A stretch of DNA of 64,000 nucleotides, taken from positions 1 through 64,000 of the IMG/VR virus record IMGVR_UViG_3300021431_000092; one strand, written 5' to 3'. This document shows positions 20,150 through 28,321 of the stretch, piece by piece (the stretch's first letter is position 1; each line of letters begins with the position of its first letter). Origin of the DNA: a virus. Its lineage: Duplodnaviria; Caudoviricetes. Position numbers and translations under genes: made by a program. Under the pieces are notes generated by a model that worked only from the letters and a program-made list of their open reading frames with translations, made no database searches and had not been told where the DNA came from.

Positions 20150-21211
20150 TAAATAGTCGCTTAGTTGCGGCATGACCTAGCTTCCTTGCACCGAAAGGTG
20201 CTCGAATATAAACCCATTGAATTGCTGGAAAATCCTAAAGCGTACTTCACTAAAGCGTTGTCATGAAATATAGACGTGCGCGAATGTTGCGAAAGCAGAA
20301 AAAAGAAAGTACGATGGCGTATGGGTAATACCTAAGCGTTTTATTAATGGACAATCAGCAGCCAAGCCTCGAACAGAGGAAGGTTCAACGACTATCCAGA
20401 AATGGAGTAGGCTACAAGCTATTGGTGGCCGAAGTGGTGGGCTCCACATTTGTGGATGAAGATATAGTCTGCTCTCGTACCGAAAGGTCGAGGACGCATT
20501 GCGTCAAGATGGCTTAGCGAGCCATAGTGTGTGTGAAATAAATATAGGGATGTGATTCATATAAGTTCGAAAAAAGATCTGGTCGGACAAAAATATGGAT
20601 ATTGGACTGTTCTTGAAAGAAAAGATATTATCCGGGCAAATGGCAAACACAGAGGAGCATGACTGTGCAGATGTGAGTGTGGCAAAGAGGAAATAGTAGA
20701 TTAACAGAATCTTATTTCAGGGAAGAGCAGGTCATGCGGATGTTTGCGACAAAGGTTACAATCTGAAAGACAGGCTACTCATGGTGATTCTAATACAAAG
20801 TTATACAATGTTTGGTGCGGTATAAAGAGACGATGTTATAACAAAAACAATATCGCATATCAAAGATATGGCGGGAGAGGTATAACTATGTGCGAAGAGT
20901 GGCTACAATCATATGAGTCATTTAGACAATGGTGCGCGGATAATGGATATTGCAATGGATTAACTATAGATAGGATAGATAATAACAAAGGCTATTCTCC
21001 AGACAATTGCAGACTCGCAACAACAAAAGAACAGAACAATAATAAGAGGTCAAATAGAGAATACACATTTAACGGAGAAACTCACAATGTTACAGAATGG
21101 GCTAATATTGTTGGTATTAATCCGAAGACATTATTTAACAGATTATATAGCGGATGGTCTTTTGAGAGAGCCATCACAAAAGAACTCACACACAATTCTT
21201 AAACACACAGG
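20150..21211 (+). mobile_element. Group I intron (1062 nt) in the major capsid gene, carrying a degenerate HNH endonuclease gene
   Basis: Core elements aattgctggaa (P), aatcagcagcc (Q), ttcaacgacta (R), aagatatagtc (S); IGS GCUUC pairs with exon GAAGU; terminal G at 21211. Confidence 0.92.
20552..21202 (+). pseudogene. Intron-encoded HNH homing endonuclease with two in-frame stops
   Basis: DLVGQKYG..A*LCRCECG..D*QNLISG..SCGC..KLYNVWCGIKRRCYN..YGGRG..LTIDRIDNNKGYSPDNCR; TGA at 20660, TAA at 20702. Confidence 0.85.
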
Positions 21212-21270
21212 ACGGTCTTGGTCTGGTTACTTCTGGTAACGCAGGTATCGGTAAGTATCAGTTTATCTAA
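21212..21270 (+). CDS. Major capsid protein, exon 2 (last 19 aa)
   Basis: Splice T|AC gives ...AEKYGLGLVTSGNAGIGKYQFI*, with the same codon bias as exon 1. Confidence 0.85.
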
Positions 21271-21282
21271 TTAGATTTATTT

Positions 21283-21312
21283 TCAACGGGTCGCTATTGT
21301 GCGGCCCGTTGA
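21283..21312 (+). terminator. Strong stem-loop after the capsid gene (terminator or mRNA-stabilising hairpin)
   Basis: TCAACGGGTCGC/GCGGCCCGTTGA stem; no clear U-tract. Confidence 0.55.
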
Positions 21313-21336
21313 TATAAGGTAAGAAAGGATGTTTTT

Positions 21337-21903
21337 ATGGCAACGAGAAAGGCAAAACCCGAAGCAGGAGCGACTGAAGTTAAGATGGGTCTCGATAAAG
21401 AAAGTTCTAACGAAACAAATGTAGATCAGAAGAAAGAAGATCGTATTAAACCTAGTGATATCGATATGCACCAGTATATCGCGGTTATTAATGGGTTTAA
21501 CGGGATGCTTGATTATTGGTCGAAGAGAACCGGTGAGATCATTCACTGGGATAGTTTTGGAGAAGAGCAGTATGTCGAGCTTATTGATCTTCAGATGGCG
21601 AAGGGCACGGCAAGAAAGTTTTTCGAGAATAACTGGTTTCAGTTCAAAGAGGAAGATGAGTGGGTTATTGATTTCATCGGTGTAAGACAGTATTATAAGA
21701 ATTCTATCACTAAAGAAGAGTTCGATCAGATTGTTGCACGTCCGGCGGATGAGGTTGAGCAGATTATTTCCAAACTTCCGAAAGGCCAGAAAGATATTTA
21801 CGCAGTGTACGCTCGCGAAAGAATCGAAGATGGCACAATTGATTCCAGAAAGGTAATTGCTGCGCTTGAACGGGCTCTCGAAGTTCAGTTTAATGAAAGA
21901 TGA
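21337..21903 (+). CDS. Hypothetical virion-cluster protein (YonA-like)
   Basis: AAAGGA RBS, 188 aa, C-terminal IDSRKVIAALE; follows the capsid gene. Confidence 0.7.
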   Translation: MATRKAKPEAGATEVKMGLDKESSNETNVDQKKEDRIKPSDIDMHQYIAVINGFNGMLDYWSKRTGEIIHWDSFGEEQYVELIDLQMAKGTARKFFENNWFQFKEEDEWVIDFIGVRQYYKNSITKEEFDQIVARPADEVEQIISKLPKGQKDIYAVYARERIEDGTIDSRKVIAALERALEVQFNER

Positions 21904-21913
21904 GGTGTCGGCT

Positions 21914-22363
21914 ATGGTCGTCTCCTATGATACTTTCACCGGAGGTTTTCTCTCCAAAATTTCAGAGTATGATCTTCTTGATCTTAAAGAAGAAACTCGT
22001 ACTCAGATTATTGACGGATATATGAAAAAGGCTATTAGTCAGTTTCAGCATGTCTGTAAAGTAAATCTTGTTTCAACCGCGAACGATGAAAACAGGGAGT
22101 TCGAAATCGATCTTGAAGACGACGACCTGACAGAAATCGTTGATATCGTGACAGATGGCATGGTTGTGTATTGGCTTAAGCCGTACACGCATAAGCAGGA
22201 ATTGCTCGAACTCGTACTTAACACACGAGACTATACGACATACTCCCCTGCTGAAATGCTTCGTCGTGTTGGAGAGGCTCACACAAAGGCTCAGAGTGAT
22301 TTTACATCAGCGATGCGGGAGTATTCGTATAATCATAATGACCTTACGAGGTTACATTTATGA
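21914..22363 (+). CDS. Putative head-tail adaptor/connector (YomZ-like)
   Basis: GAGGTG RBS; helical 149 aa with YTTYSPAEML; synteny. Confidence 0.6.
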   Translation: MVVSYDTFTGGFLSKISEYDLLDLKEETRTQIIDGYMKKAISQFQHVCKVNLVSTANDENREFEIDLEDDDLTEIVDIVTDGMVVYWLKPYTHKQELLELVLNTRDYTTYSPAEMLRRVGEAHTKAQSDFTSAMREYSYNHNDLTRLHL

Positions 22364-22686
22364 GTGACTACAGCGAAGTTTACGAGATGACTCTGCCAAA
22401 TTATTTCCAATATCTGGTGAATCACTTCTTCAAAATACTCCCTATGAAGGAGTCCGGCGAGGAAACTCTGAACCAATATATGCGTAGTCTTAAATTTGAG
22501 ATAGACGGTTTTAATCGTTTGTATGTTGAAACAAATTATAACGCCTATGTTATAACCCTGTTGTCAATTCTTCAGGGGTTGATTGACAAGCCGGAGCTCG
22601 ATATCTCCGTGTATAGGCGTGAGGTTTTCCACGCAATAAGCATCTGTAACAAACTCCGTGCGATCTGCGGAAGGGCTGGTGAATGA
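22360..22686 (+). CDS. Hypothetical virion-cluster protein
   Basis: ATGA overlap with the previous gene; 108 aa. Confidence 0.7.
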   Translation: MSDYSEVYEMTLPNYFQYLVNHFFKILPMKESGEETLNQYMRSLKFEIDGFNRLYVETNYNAYVITLLSILQGLIDKPELDISVYRREVFHAISICNKLRAICGRAGE

Positions 22687-22687
22687 T

Positions 22688-23104
22688 ATGGGTGTTTGGG
22701 ATATTTATGACGAGCGAATAGCCGCAAGAGGATCGACCAAGCGCAATTCGTTCATCAAGCGTGAGAAGCGTTATATTTATGACCATCTTGTTGACAATCC
22801 GTCATATAGCGAGTGTATCGTAGACGGTGAAACTAGATTGTGCGGGATTATGAACACAGATAACCTCGACAGGAAGACTATTATTTCTATGCCAGACGAA
22901 GACCTTAGACATGGCGCTCTCGTTGAGTGGATGGACAATAAGTGGCTGATTGTAGAGAGAGACGCGAATACGACACTGTACACAAAGTGTGTTATGCAAC
23001 AGTGTAACTACTTCCTCCAATGGGTGGATAAGGATGGAAACATTTGTGGGCAGTGGGCGTATATTAACGACTCGACAAAGTATCTAACTGGTGAACTTGA
23101 GGAT
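22688..23104 (+). CDS. Putative head-closure/neck protein (YomX-like), exon 1
   Basis: Ends KYLTGELED; spliced product 252 aa. Confidence 0.7.
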
Positions 23105-23451
23105 GAACCTATTTGGTCTTGTCCGCTTGCGCAGAAATGCGCTTGAATAATAACCTATTGAATTGCTGGAACGCCCTTAGAGATATAGACACCACAGCGT
23201 AATCATGAAACACGGGTATGTGCGAAGGTTTGAAAAGAGCTATATATTGGGTAATCAGCAGCCAAGCTCCGAACAGGAGAAGGTTCAGAGACTAAGATTC
23301 GGCAAGCGTTTGGTCGAACAGTGGTAGGCACCCGCAAGGGTGAAGATATAGTCCGTGCTCTGTCGAAAGATAGAGGCCGATAAGTCGGCGGCATGGCGTA
23401 GCGAGCCTAAATAAAGTAAAGGGGAACCTTCGCTTTATGCTAAACATATAG
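23105..23451 (+). mobile_element. Group I intron (347 nt, no ORF) in the head-tail gene
   Basis: aattgctggaa, aatcagcagcc, ttcagagacta and aagatatagtc core elements; IGS GUCU-U-GUCC pairs with 3' exon AGAC (P10) and 5' exon GGAU (P1); terminal G at 23451. Confidence 0.92.
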
Positions 23452-23793
23452 AGACACTTTATAGTCACCAGAGGCGATACAAGACTTTCTGTCACGATCG
23501 CCAGAACGCCAGATGCACTTCGTTTGGATAGAACTACGAGGTTTATCATCGACGATCCTGACTGCCACGAGCATTTGGCTTATGTACTTACGAAGCCACT
23601 TCGTATGGGTCAGGTATTTAATGGTAATGGTGTTTTCTCATTTATTATGCAGGAAGTCGAGACTACAGATGATGACAACCTCGACCTTCTTATTGCGGAT
23701 TACTATAAGCACTTTCCAAGACGCGCAGATGATGAGCGGCCTGTATTTCACGGCGGCACAAATCCTAGCGCGGATAAGGAGGTGTGGATCTGA
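23452..23793 (+). CDS. Putative head-closure/neck protein, exon 2
   Basis: Open frame RHFIVTRGDTRLSVTIAR... continues into ORF 23524..23793. Confidence 0.75.
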   Translation, partial: RHFIVTRGDTRLSVTIARTPDALRLDRTTRFIIDDPDCHEHLAYVLTKPLRMGQVFNGNGVFSFIMQEVETTDDDNLDLLIADYYKHFPRRADDERPVFHGGTNPSADKEVWI

Positions 23794-24311
23794 TGAATCT
23801 TAAGGAGCTATTTGATTATAAGAATCAATTATTCAAAGATCTTCTCACAAATGAAACAATCGTTAAGTTGATTAATGAAGAAAAAGATCTTTCGACAGCA
23901 AGAGATCTTGCATACACTCAGGTATTTCCGTATGAGTATATTCCTGAAACGATTGAGCACGGACATACATATATATGCTGTGATGTTGATGTACAGTCGG
24001 TACAGACACGGGTGCAGACATCGACACGGCTGTATTACAAACCGATCCTTTATATCTGGATTCTTTGTCATAAAAGCAGTCTTCGGTTATCGGGCGGCGG
24101 CGTCAGATATGACGTCCTGAGTTCTGAAATAGCAGAAACGATAAATGAAAGTCTGTTCTATGGTATCAAGGGGCTTGAGCTGTATTCGGTAAAGAGGTTC
24201 TCCCCTCTTACAGACTATCAGGGAAAGGTTCTCACGTTCAGTACCGATGATGTTAATTATATGTATAACCCTCATCGGAAGATACCCTCGAACAGAAAGA
24301 GTGGTGCTTGA
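23784..24311 (+). CDS. Putative tail terminator/completion protein
   Basis: 175 aa; QVFPYEYIP and GVRYDVLSSEI; position before the tail tube gene. Confidence 0.55.
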   Translation: MDLMNLKELFDYKNQLFKDLLTNETIVKLINEEKDLSTARDLAYTQVFPYEYIPETIEHGHTYICCDVDVQSVQTRVQTSTRLYYKPILYIWILCHKSSLRLSGGGVRYDVLSSEIAETINESLFYGIKGLELYSVKRFSPLTDYQGKVLTFSTDDVNYMYNPHRKIPSNRKSGA

Positions 24312-25024
24312 TGCCCGTTTTGAATTTACTGTACGAGGATCATATTTTAGTCGATGAAAAAATCAGAATAAAGATCCCTACGGTTGGAGAAATTCTTCAA
24401 AAAGAAGATGATTACTATTCTGTGATCTCGATTTTGACAGCGATGCCAATTGATTTTATGGTACAACTAGACGATCTTGGTATAGATTTTTCACAGATAA
24501 CTGAATACGAATTGTTCCTACGACTATTTCCATGTCTACAAACAATGGACACATCTCTTGTGTTTGATGGCATGGATCTAAAGAATTTTCAGTATGCTCA
24601 GGATGAAAGTGGAGGATCGATTGTTCTTGTCGATAGAATAAACGATATTGTGATTGACAAGAAAATATATCTCAAGATTGCATCAATTCTAAGAAGTATT
24701 CATGGAATCAAAAGGGACATACGCACTCCTGCAAATAAAGAAGCAAGAGATTATATGGTTGAAATTGCAAGAAGGCGACAAAAGCGAAAGCGTGGAAGAT
24801 CTGAAAAGTCTCATCTTGAGATTAAAATAGTTGCTCTTGTTAATACAGAGCAATTTAAGTATGACTTTGAGTCAACAAAAGGTTTGACTATCTATCAGTT
24901 TAATGAAAGTATGAAGCAAATCGTTAAAAAGATAGATTATGAAAACAGAATGTATGGTGTCTATTCTGGTACCATAAAGGTCAGTGATCTGAATGATTCT
25001 GACTTAAATTGGATGATTCATTGA
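24308..25024 (+). CDS. Hypothetical tail-cluster protein (YomV-like)
   Basis: 238 aa; IPTVGEI and LTIYQFN; overlaps the previous gene. Confidence 0.65.
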   Translation: MMPVLNLLYEDHILVDEKIRIKIPTVGEILQKEDDYYSVISILTAMPIDFMVQLDDLGIDFSQITEYELFLRLFPCLQTMDTSLVFDGMDLKNFQYAQDESGGSIVLVDRINDIVIDKKIYLKIASILRSIHGIKRDIRTPANKEARDYMVEIARRRQKRKRGRSEKSHLEIKIVALVNTEQFKYDFESTKGLTIYQFNESMKQIVKKIDYENRMYGVYSGTIKVSDLNDSDLNWMIH

Positions 25025-25041
25025 GAATAGGAGGATTTGAA

Positions 25042-25842
25042 ATGAATATCGGTAAGGATTTGATTTTTAAGGAAATCGATACGATTGATGTATTCGATCC
25101 GGCCACTGGCGACTATCTCTTCTCTCTGGACGAGCTTACTGCCTCTGCGATTAACCAGACGGAAGAGACTAAGGATATTACTGGTAAAGGCGGCAGACTG
25201 CTGTCCAGAACCAAGACGAACAAGGGTGTCACAGTCACAGGTACAAACGGTGTGGTGTCCTACGGCCTTATGGCTCTTCAGACGGGCGGCGACTTTGTGA
25301 CCGGCGAGGCAACCATCCTGTGGACTGACTATCTTACTGTTGGCGCATCTAACACAGCGGCGACAAAGTATGTTGCAGTTGGTACTGCTGGTGCTGAAAT
25401 CGTTGAGCTGTATGTGAAGGATGCTAATGGCAATGTTACGGCAGAGCTTACTCAGGCATCCTCGGTAGCTTCCGGCAAGTTTACTTATGATCCGTCTACT
25501 AAAGCCCTCACATTCCATACGGATATTACAGAGGGTACTGAGGTTGTTGCGATTTACAAGAGAACGATCGCAACTGGAGATGTTCTGACTAATGAGTCCG
25601 ATAAGTACGCAGGCAAGGCGATGCTGTATATCAACGGTCTTGCAGAAGATAGATGCTCTAAGACATACCGTGTACAGTTCTTCTTCCCGAAGGTCGACTT
25701 CAGCGGTCAGTTCAATCTTGAGTTCGGTGATAATCCGACCGTACATACATTCGAAGCTACGGCGATGGCTGGGGCATGTGGTGCTGGCTCTAAATATTAC
25801 ACATATACGGTGTTTGGCGTAGATGTTGATGACGCTAATTGA
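25042..25842 (+). CDS. Major tail (tube) protein (YomU-like)
   Basis: AGGAGG RBS, biased codons, T/G/A-rich beta protein of 266 aa. Confidence 0.75.
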   Translation: MNIGKDLIFKEIDTIDVFDPATGDYLFSLDELTASAINQTEETKDITGKGGRLLSRTKTNKGVTVTGTNGVVSYGLMALQTGGDFVTGEATILWTDYLTVGASNTAATKYVAVGTAGAEIVELYVKDANGNVTAELTQASSVASGKFTYDPSTKALTFHTDITEGTEVVAIYKRTIATGDVLTNESDKYAGKAMLYINGLAEDRCSKTYRVQFFFPKVDFSGQFNLEFGDNPTVHTFEATAMAGACGAGSKYYTYTVFGVDVDDAN

Positions 25843-26097
25843 AGGAACCCTAGCATCACATTGAATGAACACGAGTTGAATTTAACTGTTAATCAGACGC
25901 GAACATTAGTGGCAACAGTACGCGACATCATGTCGTCTCAGCAATGGACATCGAGCGATCCGGAAGTTGCAACCGTTAATGGCGGCTATGTTAGAGCTAT
26001 TTCTCCCGGAACTGCTACAATCACAGTTAGTGTTATGAATAGGGAGCACGGTGCATTTGTTCGTTATGAAGATTCGTGCATAGTAAATGTGACCTAG
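25843..26097 (+). CDS. Ig-like (Big_2) domain in frame after the major tail protein TGA
   Basis: PSITLNEHELNLTVNQTRTLVATV..WTSSDPEVATVNGGYVRAISPGTATITV..SCIVNVT. Confidence 0.8.
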   Translation, partial: RNPSITLNEHELNLTVNQTRTLVATVRDIMSSQQWTSSDPEVATVNGGYVRAISPGTATITVSVMNREHGAFVRYEDSCIVNVT

Positions 26098-26107
26098 TAA
26101 AAAGACG

Positions 26108-26422
26108 ATGGTGAATGATATGACTAATAGAATGAAAGTGTGTAAGATTTGCGGCGCAGAATATCTTCCTTGCGCTAATCCGCTTGTGCGTGTTGGCGAG
26201 AAGAATAGATGGCAGGATGTAGCCTGCTGTGTTGAACATGGCGCAGAGTATTTCGCTCAGATTGCGAAGTCCCGTGATAAGTTCACTGCCGCCGTAAAGA
26301 AAGCGAAGGCTCCTGTGGTACAGAATGATGTCATTGCAGAAGATACAAAGTGTGATGAGGTTGACGAAACGACAGATGTAGTAGAGGTAGCCGAAAGCAA
26401 GCCTTCGAAGAAAAAGAAATAA
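26108..26422 (+). CDS. Hypothetical protein with Cys motifs (CKICG..C..CC)
   Basis: 104-aa ORF ending just before a terminator. Confidence 0.7.
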   Translation: MVNDMTNRMKVCKICGAEYLPCANPLVRVGEKNRWQDVACCVEHGAEYFAQIAKSRDKFTAAVKKAKAPVVQNDVIAEDTKCDEVDETTDVVEVAESKPSKKKK

Positions 26423-26444
26423 GAGTCTGACTGGCTCTATGTGT

Positions 26445-26480
26445 ATAGGCCACATCTGACTTAGGTGTGGCCTATTTTTT
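26445..26480 (+). terminator. Intrinsic terminator
   Basis: ATAGGCCACATCT/AGGTGTGGCCTAT stem plus T-run. Confidence 0.8.
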
Positions 26481-26488
26481 ACAGGACG

Positions 26489-27079
26489 GTGTTGTTATTG
26501 GGAGATCGTTTGAAATTAACATCGCCTATGCCGCCTAGCGTGAACCACTATCTTGGCCAACGAGTTGTAATGAAAAATGGAAGGCCGATATCAATAACAT
26601 ATTGCACAAACGAGGCAAAGAAGTATAAGCGAGAGTTCTCGGAGTATGTGTTGCAGCAAGTAGAAGAACAGGGCTTTGATTTAATTCCAGATAAGATGCG
26701 ACACTTCTACATCGACGCAGTATTTTATTTTCCATCGATAGACCTAGATTGCAACAATTACTTCAAATGCATGTTAGACGCAATAACAGATACGCAGGCA
26801 ATATGGATTGATGATAACATTACATGTGAAAGGGTTCAGAAAATAATGTACGATAGAGATAATCCGCGAATAGAATTAGAGATTTATCCTGTCGATTATA
26901 TAGGTGTATTTGATAACAAAGACCAGATGCGATCATTTATATCAAATAACTGCGAGACGTGTAGGCGAAACAAGACGAATTGTAGTGTGCTTAGAAAGGC
27001 GAAGGAAGGTAGAATACAGGATTGTATTGAAGATAATTCCGTTTGCCAAAAATACGTAAAACGTAAATCTGGGAAATAA
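26489..27079 (+). CDS. rusA: RusA-family Holliday junction resolvase with C-terminal Cys-rich domain (start uncertain)
   Basis: PPSVNHY; DCNNYFKCMLDAIT..IWIDDN; NPRIELEI. Confidence 0.8.
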   Translation: MLLLGDRLKLTSPMPPSVNHYLGQRVVMKNGRPISITYCTNEAKKYKREFSEYVLQQVEEQGFDLIPDKMRHFYIDAVFYFPSIDLDCNNYFKCMLDAITDTQAIWIDDNITCERVQKIMYDRDNPRIELEIYPVDYIGVFDNKDQMRSFISNNCETCRRNKTNCSVLRKAKEGRIQDCIEDNSVCQKYVKRKSGK

Positions 27080-27085
27080 AGGAGA

Positions 27086-27676
27086 ATGAATATGAAAATT
27101 ACTAAGGAAGTATCGAAGTCGATTGTTGACGAAATGGTCAACTCTAACACGAATGTAATTAACTGGAACGGTTATGAGATTCATGTTCAGAGTCTTGTTG
27201 ATCTTGTGACGGCGATCGCTATCGTAAGCAAGGTTGCTGACACTTGTTTTGATGGTGATGGAAATTATAATCCTGATATGAAAGAATTCATCACAAAAGT
27301 GTCGATCCTTTCTTTATATACCGATATTGAATTGCCGGAATCTGCGGAAGAGCAGTACGCTTTTGTATATGCAACAGATATTTATCAGTCTGTTATTGAA
27401 TACATCAATGAGGTACAGCTTTCCGAGATCTTCGATAACATCGACAAAGTAATTGATTACAGAATCCGTGTCAATAGTGATTCCATGATGAGCGGTGTTT
27501 CTAGGGTATATGCAAGAGTCGAACACATGGTCGATGAATTCGAGGAGGTTTTCAAGGGAACTGATAGTGGAGATATCGCTATGCTTATTAGATCTATGTC
27601 TAATCTAAAGATCGACGAAGGGAAGCTCGTAAAGGAAATCATCTCGCAGCAGGGAGAAAAAGAAGAAAGTAAGTAA
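27086..27676 (+). CDS. Hypothetical protein (possible tail assembly chaperone)
   Basis: AAGGAG RBS; acidic 196 aa upstream of the tape measure gene. Confidence 0.6.
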   Translation: MNMKITKEVSKSIVDEMVNSNTNVINWNGYEIHVQSLVDLVTAIAIVSKVADTCFDGDGNYNPDMKEFITKVSILSLYTDIELPESAEEQYAFVYATDIYQSVIEYINEVQLSEIFDNIDKVIDYRIRVNSDSMMSGVSRVYARVEHMVDEFEEVFKGTDSGDIAMLIRSMSNLKIDEGKLVKEIISQQGEKEESK

Positions 27677-27698
27677 TTGACGACTGGTGGTGTGAACT

Positions 27699-28307
27699 AT
27701 GGCTGAGATCAATGTTTTATCAATTAGCAGCAAACTTAAAAATTATGCTAATTCTACTGTCGGGAAGAACGAAATGAAGGATACACTAAGGGCTTATAGG
27801 GATGCTGGAGTCGAGAAAACGAACGCTGGTAGTAGTATCCATACTATTGATGATATGCATGCGATTGCACTTGATTTAATCAGGCAGCTTAAGATAATGG
27901 CAAGACAGCTTGAGACAGGAGGAGTATTTCCTCAGAGTGTCGCAGATCATTTTGATTCACTTTCGGTATTATCTATCGAAGAACGTCCAGACGGAAGTTA
28001 TGTGGCCTATATTGCATTCGACGATGATCTCAGCAGGGATTCGTTGCTTTGTGTCAGAAGTAACCAGAGTGGATCTGGGCACGATGCTTGGGTTGACAGA
28101 ACTGGAAGCGGAGTAGATAATATTGTTGCATTGTTCGATAACGGCTATAGTGCAAAACAGGTTTTCGGTTTCTGGGAGAACGCAGGGATATTCACACCAA
28201 GCAGAGCGTCTCGCCCGCATCTTGGATTCATGCAGGCGGAACTTGATGACTTTAAGATTAAGTATGGAAATATTGTTAAAGAAGCAGAACTCATGTGGGG
28301 TTATTAA
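27699..28307 (+). CDS. Hypothetical tail-cluster protein
   Basis: 202 aa; GVDNIVALFDNGY..RPHLGFM. Confidence 0.65.
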   Translation: MAEINVLSISSKLKNYANSTVGKNEMKDTLRAYRDAGVEKTNAGSSIHTIDDMHAIALDLIRQLKIMARQLETGGVFPQSVADHFDSLSVLSIEERPDGSYVAYIAFDDDLSRDSLLCVRSNQSGSGHDAWVDRTGSGVDNIVALFDNGYSAKQVFGFWENAGIFTPSRASRPHLGFMQAELDDFKIKYGNIVKEAELMWGY

Positions 28308-28321
28308 GAAAGGGGGATATT

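Noticed and set aside
20660-25842. Genome-wide TGA recoding (suggested by the TGA in the HNH gene and after the tail gene)
   Set aside because: TGA is a normal stop in many tightly packed genes here, the HNH gene also has a TAA, and code 11 gives dense coding.
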